From UHGV virus genome UHGV-0060448: a DNA stretch of 38,897 nucleotides. One strand, written 5' to 3'. Source of the DNA: a virus. Both the position numbers and the translations under genes were made by a program. Positions 25,551-35,835 of the stretch are shown here, one piece after another. Every line of letters begins with the position of its first letter. Positions within the stretch are counted from its first letter, which is position 1. The notes under the pieces are model-generated. The model was given only the letters and a program-made list of their open reading frames with translations, was not told the origin of the DNA and did no database searches.

Positions 25551-25724
25551 ATGAGCAGCACAACAGTAGAAGCATTAAAAGGATTATGTGCCGCAATCAG
25601 AAATGACGGTACGGCAGCAGGTGACATTCCGGGGAATACCATCCCGGAAGTCATCGATCAGATCACGGCAGCGAAAGAAAGCCAGAACAAGGCATCGGAG
25701 ACAGGCAAAAATACAAGTGAGTAG
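25551..25724 (+). CDS. 57-aa protein after the capsid gene (not in ORF track)
   Basis: SD GAGGTG, ATG 25551, MSSTTVEALKGLCAAIRNDG...; fills the gap before the connector gene. Confidence 0.7.
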   Translation: MSSTTVEALKGLCAAIRNDGTAAGDIPGNTIPEVIDQITAAKESQNKASETGKNTSE

Positions 25725-25734
25725 GAGGTGTCAG

Positions 25735-26010
25735 GTGACGGATGAAGAACTGCTTGCAGCAGTGAAAAAGAGGATAGGCATTACAGGTGATTATCAGGAC
25801 GATACGATTAGCGGGCATATTCAGGATGTAAAAGACTATATGGCAGACAGTGGCGTAAGCGATGCGGTCATGGAGTCCGATGCGATCCTTGGAGCCGTTA
25901 CCCGTGGTGTATCAGATCTGTGGGATTATGGGAGCGGAAGCGGGGAGTTTTCCCCCTACTTCTTCCAGAGGGTCACGCAGCTGACGTACAAAGGCGGTGA
26001 GGGCATATGA
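25735..26010 (+). CDS. Head-tail connector (gp6-like)
   Basis: SD AGGAGGTG, GTG start; 'LLAAVKKRIGI....DD.I...I'. Confidence 0.8.
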   Translation: MTDEELLAAVKKRIGITGDYQDDTISGHIQDVKDYMADSGVSDAVMESDAILGAVTRGVSDLWDYGSGSGEFSPYFFQRVTQLTYKGGEGI

Positions 26011-26351
26011 GAGAATACAGGCCGGCATTGTTCACGACTCCGATAAAACTGCTGGCACCGGGCTATCAGACAGTCAAGGGTGTGCCAAGGAAGATTTATC
26101 CAGAAGATGGAGAACTGATCTGGTGCAGTTTTAAAACTTATGGTGGGACAGAAAGGACAGTCAATGATATCTATGCGATCGAGGACACTGCGGTGATCGA
26201 AACCTGGTATCGCCCGGATATCAGAAGTGACTGTCGGATCATGCTGGCAGAAAACGGTGCCGTGTATGACATCCTCAATGAGCCGGAAGATATGGAGCAA
26301 CGGCATAAGTACTGCAAATTTAAGGTGCAGCGGATTAAGGGAGGTGCGTAG
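26007..26351 (+). CDS. Head closure / head-tail adaptor
   Basis: Position; 'TWYRPDI...RI......YDI'. Confidence 0.78.
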   Translation: MREYRPALFTTPIKLLAPGYQTVKGVPRKIYPEDGELIWCSFKTYGGTERTVNDIYAIEDTAVIETWYRPDIRSDCRIMLAENGAVYDILNEPEDMEQRHKYCKFKVQRIKGGA

Positions 26352-26364
26352 TCTGGGAAAAAAT

Positions 26365-26793
26365 ATGCTGAAACTGGATACCAGTGCTTTTGAAGCATAT
26401 GCAGAGAGACTGGACAGGCTCGGTGCAAACCTGAAACCGATCTTTACGGAAGCTCTGGAACAGGCGGCTGATAAGATCACGCAGGACACACAGGAAGCGA
26501 TGCAGAACCAGAACCTTCCGGCGGGAGGAAAGTATCACCATGCCGGAAACCCGACAGAAAGAAGTATCCTGGAGCATCCAAAAGTGAAGTGGTCCGGTAT
26601 GATCGGTGAAATGGGAGTAGGCTTTGACTTTTCAAAGCATGGTGCAGGGGGTTATCTGATTACCGGAACGCCCAGGATGGCACCGGATCGGGAACTGAAC
26701 AAAATTTACAAAAGCAAACGGTATATGTCTGAGATTAAAAAAGGCATGAGAAACGTGTTTGAGGATGCGATTCAGGACTATATGGGAGGTTGA
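26365..26793 (+). CDS. HK97 gp10-like neck/tail-completion protein (start may be CTG at 26353)
   Basis: Position; 'GTPRM.P' motif. Confidence 0.7.
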   Translation: MLKLDTSAFEAYAERLDRLGANLKPIFTEALEQAADKITQDTQEAMQNQNLPAGGKYHHAGNPTERSILEHPKVKWSGMIGEMGVGFDFSKHGAGGYLITGTPRMAPDRELNKIYKSKRYMSEIKKGMRNVFEDAIQDYMGG

Positions 26794-26794
26794 A

Positions 26795-27136
26795 ATGGAA
26801 GATGATTTGATTGAGATCCTGTCAGGCTTTGGCTTTCCTGTATTCCGGCAGGGGAGCCTGACTGATACCGATGCTTATCCGGACAGTTTTTTTACATTCT
26901 GGAACAATGACAGTCCGGATCACGCACACTATGATGGGGATGAGTATGGTACCGAATGGGATTTTGACGTAAATTTTTACAGCACGGATCCAGAGAAAAC
27001 ATACAAAGTTCTGACGGATGCGAGAATCCGGTTGAAACAAAACAGATGGATTATTCCAGGCAAAGGGTATGATGTGGCATCGGATGAGGCCACACACACC
27101 GGAAGAGGAATGAGGGCATTTTACTTACAGGTATAG
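26795..27136 (+). CDS. Tail terminator-like protein
   Basis: Position before the major tail protein; SD GGAGGT. Confidence 0.7.
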   Translation: MEDDLIEILSGFGFPVFRQGSLTDTDAYPDSFFTFWNNDSPDHAHYDGDEYGTEWDFDVNFYSTDPEKTYKVLTDARIRLKQNRWIIPGKGYDVASDEATHTGRGMRAFYLQV

Positions 27137-27147
27137 GAGGAAAAAAC

Positions 27148-27759
27148 ATGAAAAAAAGCAAAAAGATTTATGAGTACAGAGGTGTTTCGGACGCAGTATA
27201 TGCAGAGGTTCTGAAAGATGACAGCGAAAATTTTACGGTAGGTGAGGTAAAACCGTTTGTCGGTGTTTCGGAGATTGGAAAAACAACAGAGTCCAGTAAT
27301 GAGCCACACTATTACGACAATATCCCGGCAATCATTATCTGTTCGACTGGTTCAGATGAGATTTCAATCACCGGTTCTGCATTCCCTATGGACACACTGG
27401 CAGAAATCACCGGACAGTATTACGATGAGGCAACCGGGATGATGGTCGAATGCGAACGCACGCAGAAGTACTTTGCATTTGGCTACCGCACGAAGCGAAC
27501 AGATGGAACAGAAGTACTGGTATGGAGACTGAAAGGCTCGTTTTCCATTCCGGATGCCACACACGTGACAGAAGATGACGGAACCGATGCAAACGGTCAG
27601 GAAATTACATACACAGGTATTTCCACAACCCATAAATTTACCAAAACCGGAAAAACGGCGAAAGCGGTAAATGTTGATATGGGACTTGATCTGGTAGATG
27701 GCAGCACGTTCTTTGATACCGTCCAGACACCGGACAGCGTAAAGGCAAAAACAGCGTAA
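27148..27759 (+). CDS. Major tail tube protein (phi13-like)
   Basis: 'YYDN', 'YFAFGYR....G......KG.FS.P'; 203 aa. Confidence 0.88.
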   Translation: MKKSKKIYEYRGVSDAVYAEVLKDDSENFTVGEVKPFVGVSEIGKTTESSNEPHYYDNIPAIIICSTGSDEISITGSAFPMDTLAEITGQYYDEATGMMVECERTQKYFAFGYRTKRTDGTEVLVWRLKGSFSIPDATHVTEDDGTDANGQEITYTGISTTHKFTKTGKTAKAVNVDMGLDLVDGSTFFDTVQTPDSVKAKTA

Positions 27760-27794
27760 GGAACGAAGAACGTAAACAGACAGTGAATAAGACT

Positions 27795-27821
27795 TCCCGG
27801 CATGAAATGTGCCGGGATTTT
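27795..27821 (+). terminator. Intrinsic terminator/attenuator after the major tail gene
   Basis: TCCCGGCA/TGCCGGGA stem followed by TTTT. Confidence 0.65.
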
Positions 27822-27840
27822 ACAAATGGAGGCAGATAAA

Positions 27841-28164
27841 GTGAAATTAACCTTAAATGTATACGATGAAAAAGGCGAAGTAAAAAAGATATGCGAAGCA
27901 CAGACGGTAGACCTGGAATTTGGGACGGTCCGTTCGTTAATGAAGGTGCTGAATGTAGACAAGATGGATGACAGCACGGAACTGCTGTCTTCTGTATACG
28001 GTGCATGGGAACAGGTGACAGGAGTACTGAACCGGTGCTTCCCTGATATGGAACCACAGGACTGGGAACATGTAAAGGTGAAAGAATTATTGCCGGTTGT
28101 CCTGAACATCCTGAAAGCATCCTTTACTGAAATCCTCAGCATTCCAAAAGACCCAAAAAACTAG
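27841..28164 (+). CDS. Tail assembly chaperone (gpG-like)
   Basis: Between the tail tube and tape measure genes; ends in a slippery sequence. Confidence 0.8.
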   Translation: MKLTLNVYDEKGEVKKICEAQTVDLEFGTVRSLMKVLNVDKMDDSTELLSSVYGAWEQVTGVLNRCFPDMEPQDWEHVKVKELLPVVLNILKASFTEILSIPKDPKN

Positions 28165-28188
28165 AGGGCGGGGACGATGACACCCCGC
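28152..28188 (+). other. Programmed -1 ribosomal frameshift signal
   Basis: C CCA AAA AAC TAG followed by a GCGGGG/CCCCGC hairpin; the -1 frame is open to 28391. Confidence 0.8.
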
Positions 28189-28391
28189 TTTTTGAGGTGC
28201 TCTTTAATATTAACTATCAGTTGTGCAAAGAATTTCCGGCACTGACACCATACGATATAGAAAAACGGACATTTCACGACGTCATAAGGCTTTACAGTGA
28301 TGTGCGTGCCATGCAGATCCGGGAAAGCAGATATAAAAACAGGAAAAACAGCAGCGTGATAAGACGGCCTGCCGGAGATGACTGGTTTTAG
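28158..28391 (+). CDS. Frameshift extension of the tail chaperone (gpGT C-terminal part)
   Basis: -1 frame reads LEGGDDDTPLFEVLFNINYQLC...GDDWF up to the tape measure SD. Confidence 0.75.
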   Translation, partial: KLEGGDDDTPLFEVLFNINYQLCKEFPALTPYDIEKRTFHDVIRLYSDVRAMQIRESRYKNRKNSSVIRRPAGDDWF

Positions 28392-28402
28392 GAGGTGGGA
28401 AG

Positions 28403-31400
28403 ATGGCAGAAGACAGCACGACCCGGATGCGGGTGGATCTGTCAGAATTAAAAAAAGAATTTAAAGATGCACAGCGGCAGATCCAGCTTGTTAATTCTGA
28501 ATTCAAGGCAGCAACTGCAGGTATGGCAAAATGGGCAGATGATGCTGATGGCGTGTCTGCAAAAATTGAACAGTTAAATGGTGTACTTGCGGCAGAAAAC
28601 GTAAAGCTGCAGTCTCTGGAAGACCAGTATAAACTTGTGGCACAGGAGCAGGGAGAAAATTCCAGAGGAGCACAGGAACTGCTGATCCGGATCAACAACC
28701 AGAAAGCAGCGATCGAACGGACACAGGCAGCACTGGCACAGTATGGGGATCGTCTGGAAAACTTGCAGTCTGAATCACAAAAAGCGGCAGCAGCGACCGA
28801 GCAGCTGCAGAACAAAATTTCTGATCAGCAGACAGAGCTGGACAGCCTGAAAAGTAAATACACGGATCTGGTACTTGAACAGGGCGAAAGTTCAGATGAA
28901 GCAAAACAGTTAGCCAGCGAGATTCAGGAACTGTCGCAGGAATTACGACAGAACAAACAGAAATTAGAACAGGCCACACAGGCAGCGGGTAACCTGGGTG
29001 AAGAACTGGATGATGCCGGAGACGGTGCAGAAGACAGTGCCGGCGGCTTTACAGTTTTAAAAGGTGCACTGGCGGATCTGGTGGCTGATGGCATTAAAGA
29101 AGCGGTCAGTGCAATCAAAGAGCTTGCTGCAGATGCACAGGAAGCATATGCGGGATTCCAGGCACAGACGGGAGCCAGTGCGGATGAGATGCGGGAATTT
29201 AAGCATGAGATGGATGACCTCTATGCAAATAATTATGGCGAAAGCCTTCAGGACATCGGCGATAAGATGGCGTATGTGAAACAGGTAGCCGGTGAAACAG
29301 ATCCGTCTAAAATCCGGGAACTGGTAGAGAATGCGATCACGCTGGAAGATACCTTTGGCAGTGATTTCAATGAAACCATTCGCGGTGCTAGCAACCTGAT
29401 GCAGCATTTTGAGCTGGATGCATCCGAAGCATTTGACCTGTTCGCAAAAGGATCGCAGGAAGGACTGGATTATACCGGTGAGCTTGGGGACAACATCGCA
29501 GAATATGGCGGCAACTTCAAACAGGCCGGATACAGTGCACAAGAGTACTTCCAGCTGTTGAAAAACGGCACCAAAGGCGGAGCGTATAACCTGGACAAGG
29601 TCAACGACTCCATTAATGAGATCAAGAACCGCCTGGCTGATGGAACCATTGGCGATACGATGGCTGAGATTGACGAAAAGACCGGAGAACTGAAAGACGG
29701 CACCGGTATATGGTCAAAAACCACAGAGAAAGCATTTAAGGCATGGCAGAAGGGCAAAGGTAAAATGAAAGATGTCATTGACTCGATTGTCAGTGATATT
29801 TCGAACTGTAAGGATGAGCAGGAAGCCCTTACCATGGCATCTACGGCGTTCGGCACGATGGGTGAAGATGCCAACCTCAATGTTGTGAAATCCTTAACTA
29901 CGCTGGGTGAAGATTTTACAGATGTGAAGGGGAAGATGGAAGAAGTCAAAAACGTCAAGTATGATACGGTTGCATCCTCTCTGGAAACCATCAAACGAGG
30001 CCTGACTGTCAATGTGGTGGAACCGATCGTAGGACCGGTACTTTCCAGCCTGTTACAGCTCGCACAGTGGTTTCCGAAACATATTCCGGAAATCGTCACC
30101 TTACTCGCATCGGTAGGAACAGCGATGCTGGTGTTTAATGCCGGTGCAGTGATCGCAAAAACAACCGCAAAGATCGCATTGCTGACAGGTGGAATCAAAG
30201 CACTGGGGCTGGCAATGGCTGCGAATCCGTGGGGAGCGATCATTGCCGGTGTGGCAGCAGTTGCCGCCGGTATTGCGGCATATACAGCCACACAGAAAGC
30301 AGCAAAAGCCCAGGATGATGAAAATATCCAGGCAACAAAGGAACTGAAAAAGAGCCAGGAAGAATTAAACGCAGCACTGGAAGATTCGAAACGTACAAGA
30401 GAAGAAAATAACACAGCGGCGGAAGCTCAGACAAAACAGGCAGATATCTATGCGGAACGTCTGGAACAGCTGGCAGGAGTGGAAGAAAAGAGTACGGCAC
30501 AGAAAGAGCTGATGAAAGACTATGTGGACAAGCTGAATGAGCTTATGCCGGATCTGAATGCAAAGTATGATGAAGAGGCAGATAAGCTGAACATGTCCAC
30601 AGATGCGATCAAAGATAATATCCAGGCACAGAAAGAGCTGATTCTGGCAAAAGCAGCCCAGAAAAATCTGGAAGGGATCGCAGAAGATATCGCAAAGCTG
30701 GAGATCGAACAGTCTGATATCGCAAAGCAGCACGCAGACAATGAACTTGCACTGCAGGCGGCAGTAGAGAAAACACAGGAAGCAAAAGAAGCCTATGCAC
30801 AGACAGGCTATGATGTTTCTTCTATGGAGCATAAAAATTATCTGGAGGCAGTTGGAGACGAAGGACAGAAACGCACTGCCTATGAAGAGACAAGAAAGGC
30901 ACTGGAAGAAAACAAAAAATCTCTGGAAGCCCTGAACGATGAATACAACAATACAGAAAAATACGCACAGGACAAACTGGACGCATCCGAAATGGAAAAG
31001 AGTATCGCAGCCATTACGGAAAAAATGCGAAAAAAAGGTATAGAGATACCAGAAGCTGTAGCTGAAGGCATGCAGTCCGGTCAGTACGTCATCCCGGAAA
31101 AAGTAAAAGGGATGAAAAATCTGATCAACTTTGATGAACTGGCAGCGGAAGCAGGCTTGAGCGGCGTTAAGATTCCGAAAAACCTCGCAAAAGGCATCAG
31201 TGATAACAGCATTTCTGCAAAAGATGCTATTGAAGCTCTGAAAAAAGTAGCTGACTTTGATAATTCAGATGCAGTGAAGAACGCAGAGAAAGCCGGTATC
31301 AAGATTCCGGAGTTCTTGCGAAAAGGTATTGCAAGCGGAAAACTGAGTGTAGAGGATGCGGTGAAGCGTGTCAGTGACCTTACGTCATTGGATAAAGCAG

Positions 31401-33907
31401 TACAAAAGGCAGGATTTGAGGGGCTTGAAATTCCAAAAGCCCTTGCCAAAAGTGTGTTAAAAGGCAAGACAAGTGTGGAAGATGCCCAGAAACGTATCGA
31501 AGATGCCATAAGTTTTCGAAAAACAGCAAGGAAAAATGGCGTTACCGGAAAAAACGTAGTCAATGCATTTGCAGAAGCCATCTTAAGCGGTGAGATGACG
31601 GTGGAAGAAGCGGCGAAAAAAGTCTCACAGGCAAATGTAAGAGGTGTAAAGTCCGGTGCGAAAGGCATGAAGAATGCAGGCGAGGAACATGGAAAAGAAT
31701 ATGTGACCGGTGAGAATTCACAGAAACCGGCAGTGGAAAAAGCTGGTCAGGAGATAGGAAAAACGGCAACAAAAGGAGCAAAAGCAGGAGCTGCTGGAAT
31801 GAGCAATGTTGGACTTGGGACAGGAGAGCATTATGCAGCGGCATTACAAAGCAAAAGTAATGCTTCAAGGGAAAGCGGTGAAACTTTAGCGAAAAGTGCA
31901 AATGAAGGTGCAGATTCGTATCGCGGAAACGCCAAAACATCAGGGGAGTTTTTTGGTCAAGGATTTATAAATGGTATCGGTTCTATGGTGACAGGTGCAT
32001 TTAATAAAGCTTGGGAACTTGCTAAAAGTGCATGGAATGGACTAAAAAAAGGACAGCAGGAAGGTTCACCGTCCAAACTGACAAAGAAATCCGGTGTGTT
32101 TTTTGGTCAGGGTTATATCAATGGTATCAACAGTATGCTTCCGACATTGATGAAGACTGCTAAGAATTTTGCGGATACGTCTGTTAAGACTCTGAAAAAG
32201 AATACAGGGCAGGATATGCTTAAAAGTGCGGGCGGAAAATTCATGCAGAGGACATTAAATGGGTTGCAGCCTGCAGTCGATGGAAAAAAGAAGACACAGA
32301 CGAATCTGTATAATGCTGGCAAGAAGATCACGGAGAATTATGCAAAAGGCGTGACTGATGGGCAGAGCGAACTGCAGACAGCAGTAAAGGGAATGGTTAC
32401 TACTGTGTTGACAACCATGCTGGATCTGACAAAATTCAATTTTTCCAAAGTGGCAGAAAAAGCAGGCAGTCAGTTTGGAACCGAACTGTCAAAGAAAATC
32501 ACGTACATCAATAATAAAGCCCAGTATCAGAGTGAGCAGAAAGCGAAACAGCTGGAAAAGAAACTGAGTAAGTATGAAACAGACAAGAAAACTGCCCAGA
32601 GCAACTATAAAGCCACCAACACAAAACTGAAAAGCACAGAAAAGAGCCTGACAAGTAACCGGAAAAAGTACGCCACAGCGGAAGAAAACTATAAAAAAGC
32701 AGCGGGAAAATATAACAGTGCTACAAAAGCAACGCAGAAAGCCAGTTATAAGGAACAGATGCAGAAATATAAAAAGCAGATGGAGACGTACAAAAAAGAG
32801 GCAGATGCGGACAAAAAGAGCATCGCAGCACTGAAAAAGAAAAAAGCTGCTTATAAACAGGCGGTAAGCGATAATAAGAAACTGATTAAAGATCAGAAAG
32901 CATTTAATGAAGCTTACACAACGGCTTCATCGCAGATGTTAAGCGAATTTTCGGAAGCCCTGAGTGACTATCAGACAAAAGCACAGGAATTGATTGATGA
33001 AACGATCAATGGCATTGAAACGAAGTATCAGGAAAGATATGATGCACTGATCGAAAAACAAAACACGTTGATCTCAAAACTGAAAAGTGCAGGAGATCTG
33101 TTTGAGGTATCCGGTGCAGGTATTATGACCGTCAATGATCTTAAAACTCAGACTCAGAATATCAGGGATTATGCAGATAAATTACAGAAAATTAAAAGCA
33201 AAGTGTCATCCGAGCTTTTTGATCAGATTGCAGGTTATGACATGGACCAGGGAAGTGCATTTATGGATCGGTTGCTGGCAATGGATGACCTGGAACTGAA
33301 AGCGTATGTTGATGCGTATGATGAAAAAATGAGAGTATCCGAGGAACTGGGAAAAAAGACTTACCAGAAAGACCTTGAGAACGTTGAAAAAGAATACAAA
33401 ACAGCATTGGAGACAGCATTTAAAGATCTACCGAAAAAGATGGAAGAGCTTGGAAAACAGGCGATGGCCGGTTTTACCGAAGGTCTGACAACCAATACCG
33501 ATTATATGGCAGAGGCGGTAAAGTCTGTGGTATCCGATATGGTGGAACAGGTCAAGACACTTCTGGATATCCACAGTCCATCGAAAGTGATGGAGAAACT
33601 GGGAGTGTATACAGGCGAAGACTTTGGAAACGGATTGTATGAAACAGCAAAACGGGTACAGAAGCAGGCAAAACAGTTCCTTGCTGAAGCAGCGACACCG
33701 TTTGAAACGTTTTCGACATCTGTCGGAAATGTCAGAACAGCAGTCGGACAGAATGGCAGTATGGCAGCATCAGAGTCGGTAAATGTTGTAAATAATTATA
33801 ATCTGGTACAGAACAATACCAGTCCGAAGGCGTTATCTGCATTGGATACCTACAGGGCGAGACGGCAGCAGGTGAGCATGGTAAAAGCCATGACACAGAC
33901 CGTATAA
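28403..33907 (+). CDS. Tail tape measure protein, 1834 aa
   Basis: Long Ala-rich coiled coils, 'FGTMGED' domain, hydrophobic 'ANPWG' segment, SPSK motifs. Confidence 0.95.
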   Translation: MAEDSTTRMRVDLSELKKEFKDAQRQIQLVNSEFKAATAGMAKWADDADGVSAKIEQLNGVLAAENVKLQSLEDQYKLVAQEQGENSRGAQELLIRINNQKAAIERTQAALAQYGDRLENLQSESQKAAAATEQLQNKISDQQTELDSLKSKYTDLVLEQGESSDEAKQLASEIQELSQELRQNKQKLEQATQAAGNLGEELDDAGDGAEDSAGGFTVLKGALADLVADGIKEAVSAIKELAADAQEAYAGFQAQTGASADEMREFKHEMDDLYANNYGESLQDIGDKMAYVKQVAGETDPSKIRELVENAITLEDTFGSDFNETIRGASNLMQHFELDASEAFDLFAKGSQEGLDYTGELGDNIAEYGGNFKQAGYSAQEYFQLLKNGTKGGAYNLDKVNDSINEIKNRLADGTIGDTMAEIDEKTGELKDGTGIWSKTTEKAFKAWQKGKGKMKDVIDSIVSDISNCKDEQEALTMASTAFGTMGEDANLNVVKSLTTLGEDFTDVKGKMEEVKNVKYDTVASSLETIKRGLTVNVVEPIVGPVLSSLLQLAQWFPKHIPEIVTLLASVGTAMLVFNAGAVIAKTTAKIALLTGGIKALGLAMAANPWGAIIAGVAAVAAGIAAYTATQKAAKAQDDENIQATKELKKSQEELNAALEDSKRTREENNTAAEAQTKQADIYAERLEQLAGVEEKSTAQKELMKDYVDKLNELMPDLNAKYDEEADKLNMSTDAIKDNIQAQKELILAKAAQKNLEGIAEDIAKLEIEQSDIAKQHADNELALQAAVEKTQEAKEAYAQTGYDVSSMEHKNYLEAVGDEGQKRTAYEETRKALEENKKSLEALNDEYNNTEKYAQDKLDASEMEKSIAAITEKMRKKGIEIPEAVAEGMQSGQYVIPEKVKGMKNLINFDELAAEAGLSGVKIPKNLAKGISDNSISAKDAIEALKKVADFDNSDAVKNAEKAGIKIPEFLRKGIASGKLSVEDAVKRVSDLTSLDKAVQKAGFEGLEIPKALAKSVLKGKTSVEDAQKRIEDAISFRKTARKNGVTGKNVVNAFAEAILSGEMTVEEAAKKVSQANVRGVKSGAKGMKNAGEEHGKEYVTGENSQKPAVEKAGQEIGKTATKGAKAGAAGMSNVGLGTGEHYAAALQSKSNASRESGETLAKSANEGADSYRGNAKTSGEFFGQGFINGIGSMVTGAFNKAWELAKSAWNGLKKGQQEGSPSKLTKKSGVFFGQGYINGINSMLPTLMKTAKNFADTSVKTLKKNTGQDMLKSAGGKFMQRTLNGLQPAVDGKKKTQTNLYNAGKKITENYAKGVTDGQSELQTAVKGMVTTVLTTMLDLTKFNFSKVAEKAGSQFGTELSKKITYINNKAQYQSEQKAKQLEKKLSKYETDKKTAQSNYKATNTKLKSTEKSLTSNRKKYATAEENYKKAAGKYNSATKATQKASYKEQMQKYKKQMETYKKEADADKKSIAALKKKKAAYKQAVSDNKKLIKDQKAFNEAYTTASSQMLSEFSEALSDYQTKAQELIDETINGIETKYQERYDALIEKQNTLISKLKSAGDLFEVSGAGIMTVNDLKTQTQNIRDYADKLQKIKSKVSSELFDQIAGYDMDQGSAFMDRLLAMDDLELKAYVDAYDEKMRVSEELGKKTYQKDLENVEKEYKTALETAFKDLPKKMEELGKQAMAGFTEGLTTNTDYMAEAVKSVVSDMVEQVKTLLDIHSPSKVMEKLGVYTGEDFGNGLYETAKRVQKQAKQFLAEAATPFETFSTSVGNVRTAVGQNGSMAASESVNVVNNYNLVQNNTSPKALSALDTYRARRQQVSMVKAMTQTV
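31037..31670 (+). repeat. About five 42-44-aa repeats 'G..IP..L..G...G...V..A' within the tape measure protein
   Basis: Units start at 31037, 31163, 31295, 31421 and 31547. Confidence 0.7.
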
Positions 33908-33921
33908 GGAGGGATAGAGGA

Positions 33922-34770
33922 ATGTATGCACTGACAGCGGAAAATAAATATGGCGAAAGGCTGGAACTGACGCACAATCCCTGTTACGACATCACGGAAA
34001 TAGATGGTCTCTATCCGCCGGAGGCTGTCATAAACAGTACAAAAACAGCTGGAATGGATGGGGCTGTTTTTAACAGTGCCTATATGAACAGCAGGACGAT
34101 CACGATCACTCTGGTGGTGAATGGACCGGCCGAGGAAAACAGAATTCAGTTGTATCGATATTTCAAAACAAAATATCCGGTGAGACTGTATTACAAAAAC
34201 GGCATCCGGGATGTGTATATTGACGGATATGTATCTAAAGTTTCGGTTGAATACTTTAACCAAAAGCAAACGGTGCAGGTGGTTGTTGAATGTCCGTTGC
34301 CATTGTTCAACGCAACAGCGGAAAGCAGAACAGAGTTTTCTACTGTTGAAAGCTTATTTGAATTTCCATTTGCAATTGGTTCAGGCGGTATTCCGTTTTC
34401 TGAGATCCAAATTGGAAAACAGGAAAGTATTATAAATGGTGGAGATATGGAAACAGGCGTATTGATCAGACTTAATGCTGTAGGAAATGTGGTCAATCCT
34501 AAAATATACAACACAGATACCGGAGAATACATGATTATCAATCAGGAAATGCAGAAAGGCGATGAGATTACGATCAATACCAGAAAAAAGCAGAAGTCGG
34601 TTACCATGTTGCGTGATGGAACAGTATCCAATCTGATTGGAAAACTGCAGGCGGGATCAACCTGGTTCAGCCTGATTCCGGGGGATAATCTGTTTGCATA
34701 CGAAGCGGATGAAGCTTCAGATAACCTGAGATGCACATTTATTGTAAATGATCAGTTTGAGGGGGTGTAA
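33922..34770 (+). CDS. Distal tail protein (Dit)
   Basis: Follows the tape measure gene; 'DGA......R.ITI', 'N.GD..T', 'L.PG.N'. Confidence 0.85.
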   Translation: MYALTAENKYGERLELTHNPCYDITEIDGLYPPEAVINSTKTAGMDGAVFNSAYMNSRTITITLVVNGPAEENRIQLYRYFKTKYPVRLYYKNGIRDVYIDGYVSKVSVEYFNQKQTVQVVVECPLPLFNATAESRTEFSTVESLFEFPFAIGSGGIPFSEIQIGKQESIINGGDMETGVLIRLNAVGNVVNPKIYNTDTGEYMIINQEMQKGDEITINTRKKQKSVTMLRDGTVSNLIGKLQAGSTWFSLIPGDNLFAYEADEASDNLRCTFIVNDQFEGV

Positions 34771-34772
34771 GA

Positions 34773-35834
34773 TTGGAAGTCTATGTTTTGGGAAATGACC
34801 TGGAAATCATAGATATGATAGACAGTTACGAAAGCATCATATGGACCGTTCAGTATTTTTCACAGAATGACTTTCAGCTGATCGTACCGGCTACTCCTTA
34901 TTATATAAAGCTCCTGCAAAAAGATCGCCTGTTATGCCGCGAGACAGACCGGATGGAAGACACCTGGAAAAATGTAATGGTGATTGAAAATGTGAACATT
35001 TCAACTGACTGGGAAACAGGGGATAAGCTGACTGTAAGCGGAAAAGGATTAAAGAGCATTGTGGGCAGACGCATTGTGTGGAAACAGACAAATCTGACCG
35101 GAAACGTAGAAAGGGGTATCCGACAGGTCATCACAGAAAATATTGTGGATCCGGATGACAGCATGCGAAAAATAGAAGGATTTCAACTGGCAGAGGCAGA
35201 AGGGATTGCCGATACATTTAACGTTCAGCTGTTAGGTGAAAATATTGCAGAATGGTTGGAATCTACCTGTCAGACGTATGGCATCGGCTGGGATGTGTAT
35301 ATAGAAAACAAAAAATATATTTTCAAGCTTTATAAAGGCACAGACCGATCGTATAATCAGACAGAGGCTTTGCCGGTGGTGTTTTCAGAGGAGTTTGATA
35401 ATTTACTGTCTTCCAGTTATTTATATGAAAAGGCAGAATACCGGAATACAGCCTTGATCGGTGGTGAAGGAGAAGGAATCAATAAACGCACCGCATCGAT
35501 TGGCGATACTGCCGGATGGCAGCGTTATGAAACTTATATTGATGGTTCCAGTGTTTCAAGTAATGGAAAGATTATAACGGAAGAACAATACTATAAAATG
35601 CTGCAGGATTATGGAAAAGAGCAGTTAAATTCATCTTTGTACACAGAAAAGTTCGAAGGAAACGTGGATCCGGCAGGCAATTATGTTTTGAACAAAGATT
35701 ACTTTCTTGGTGATATTGTCCAGGTGATAAATGCGTATGGGATCCGTGCAACGCCGCGGATCATAGAAATTATCGAGAGCGAAGATGAAAACGGAGCGTC
35801 TACCGTTCCGACATTTAGTACGTGGGAGGTGTAA
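34773..35834 (+). CDS. Tail hub / Tal-like protein (ReqiPepy6 Gp37-like)
   Basis: 'ID.YES.IW...Y....F.L', 'GGEGEG..R', 'DYFLGDIV'. Confidence 0.82.
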   Translation: MEVYVLGNDLEIIDMIDSYESIIWTVQYFSQNDFQLIVPATPYYIKLLQKDRLLCRETDRMEDTWKNVMVIENVNISTDWETGDKLTVSGKGLKSIVGRRIVWKQTNLTGNVERGIRQVITENIVDPDDSMRKIEGFQLAEAEGIADTFNVQLLGENIAEWLESTCQTYGIGWDVYIENKKYIFKLYKGTDRSYNQTEALPVVFSEEFDNLLSSSYLYEKAEYRNTALIGGEGEGINKRTASIGDTAGWQRYETYIDGSSVSSNGKIITEEQYYKMLQDYGKEQLNSSLYTEKFEGNVDPAGNYVLNKDYFLGDIVQVINAYGIRATPRIIEIIESEDENGASTVPTFSTWEV

Positions 35835-35835
35835 A

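Noticed and set aside
29470..31668. Minus-strand ORFs inside the tape measure gene
   Set aside because: Ser/Phe-rich shadow frames of a coiled-coil coding sequence
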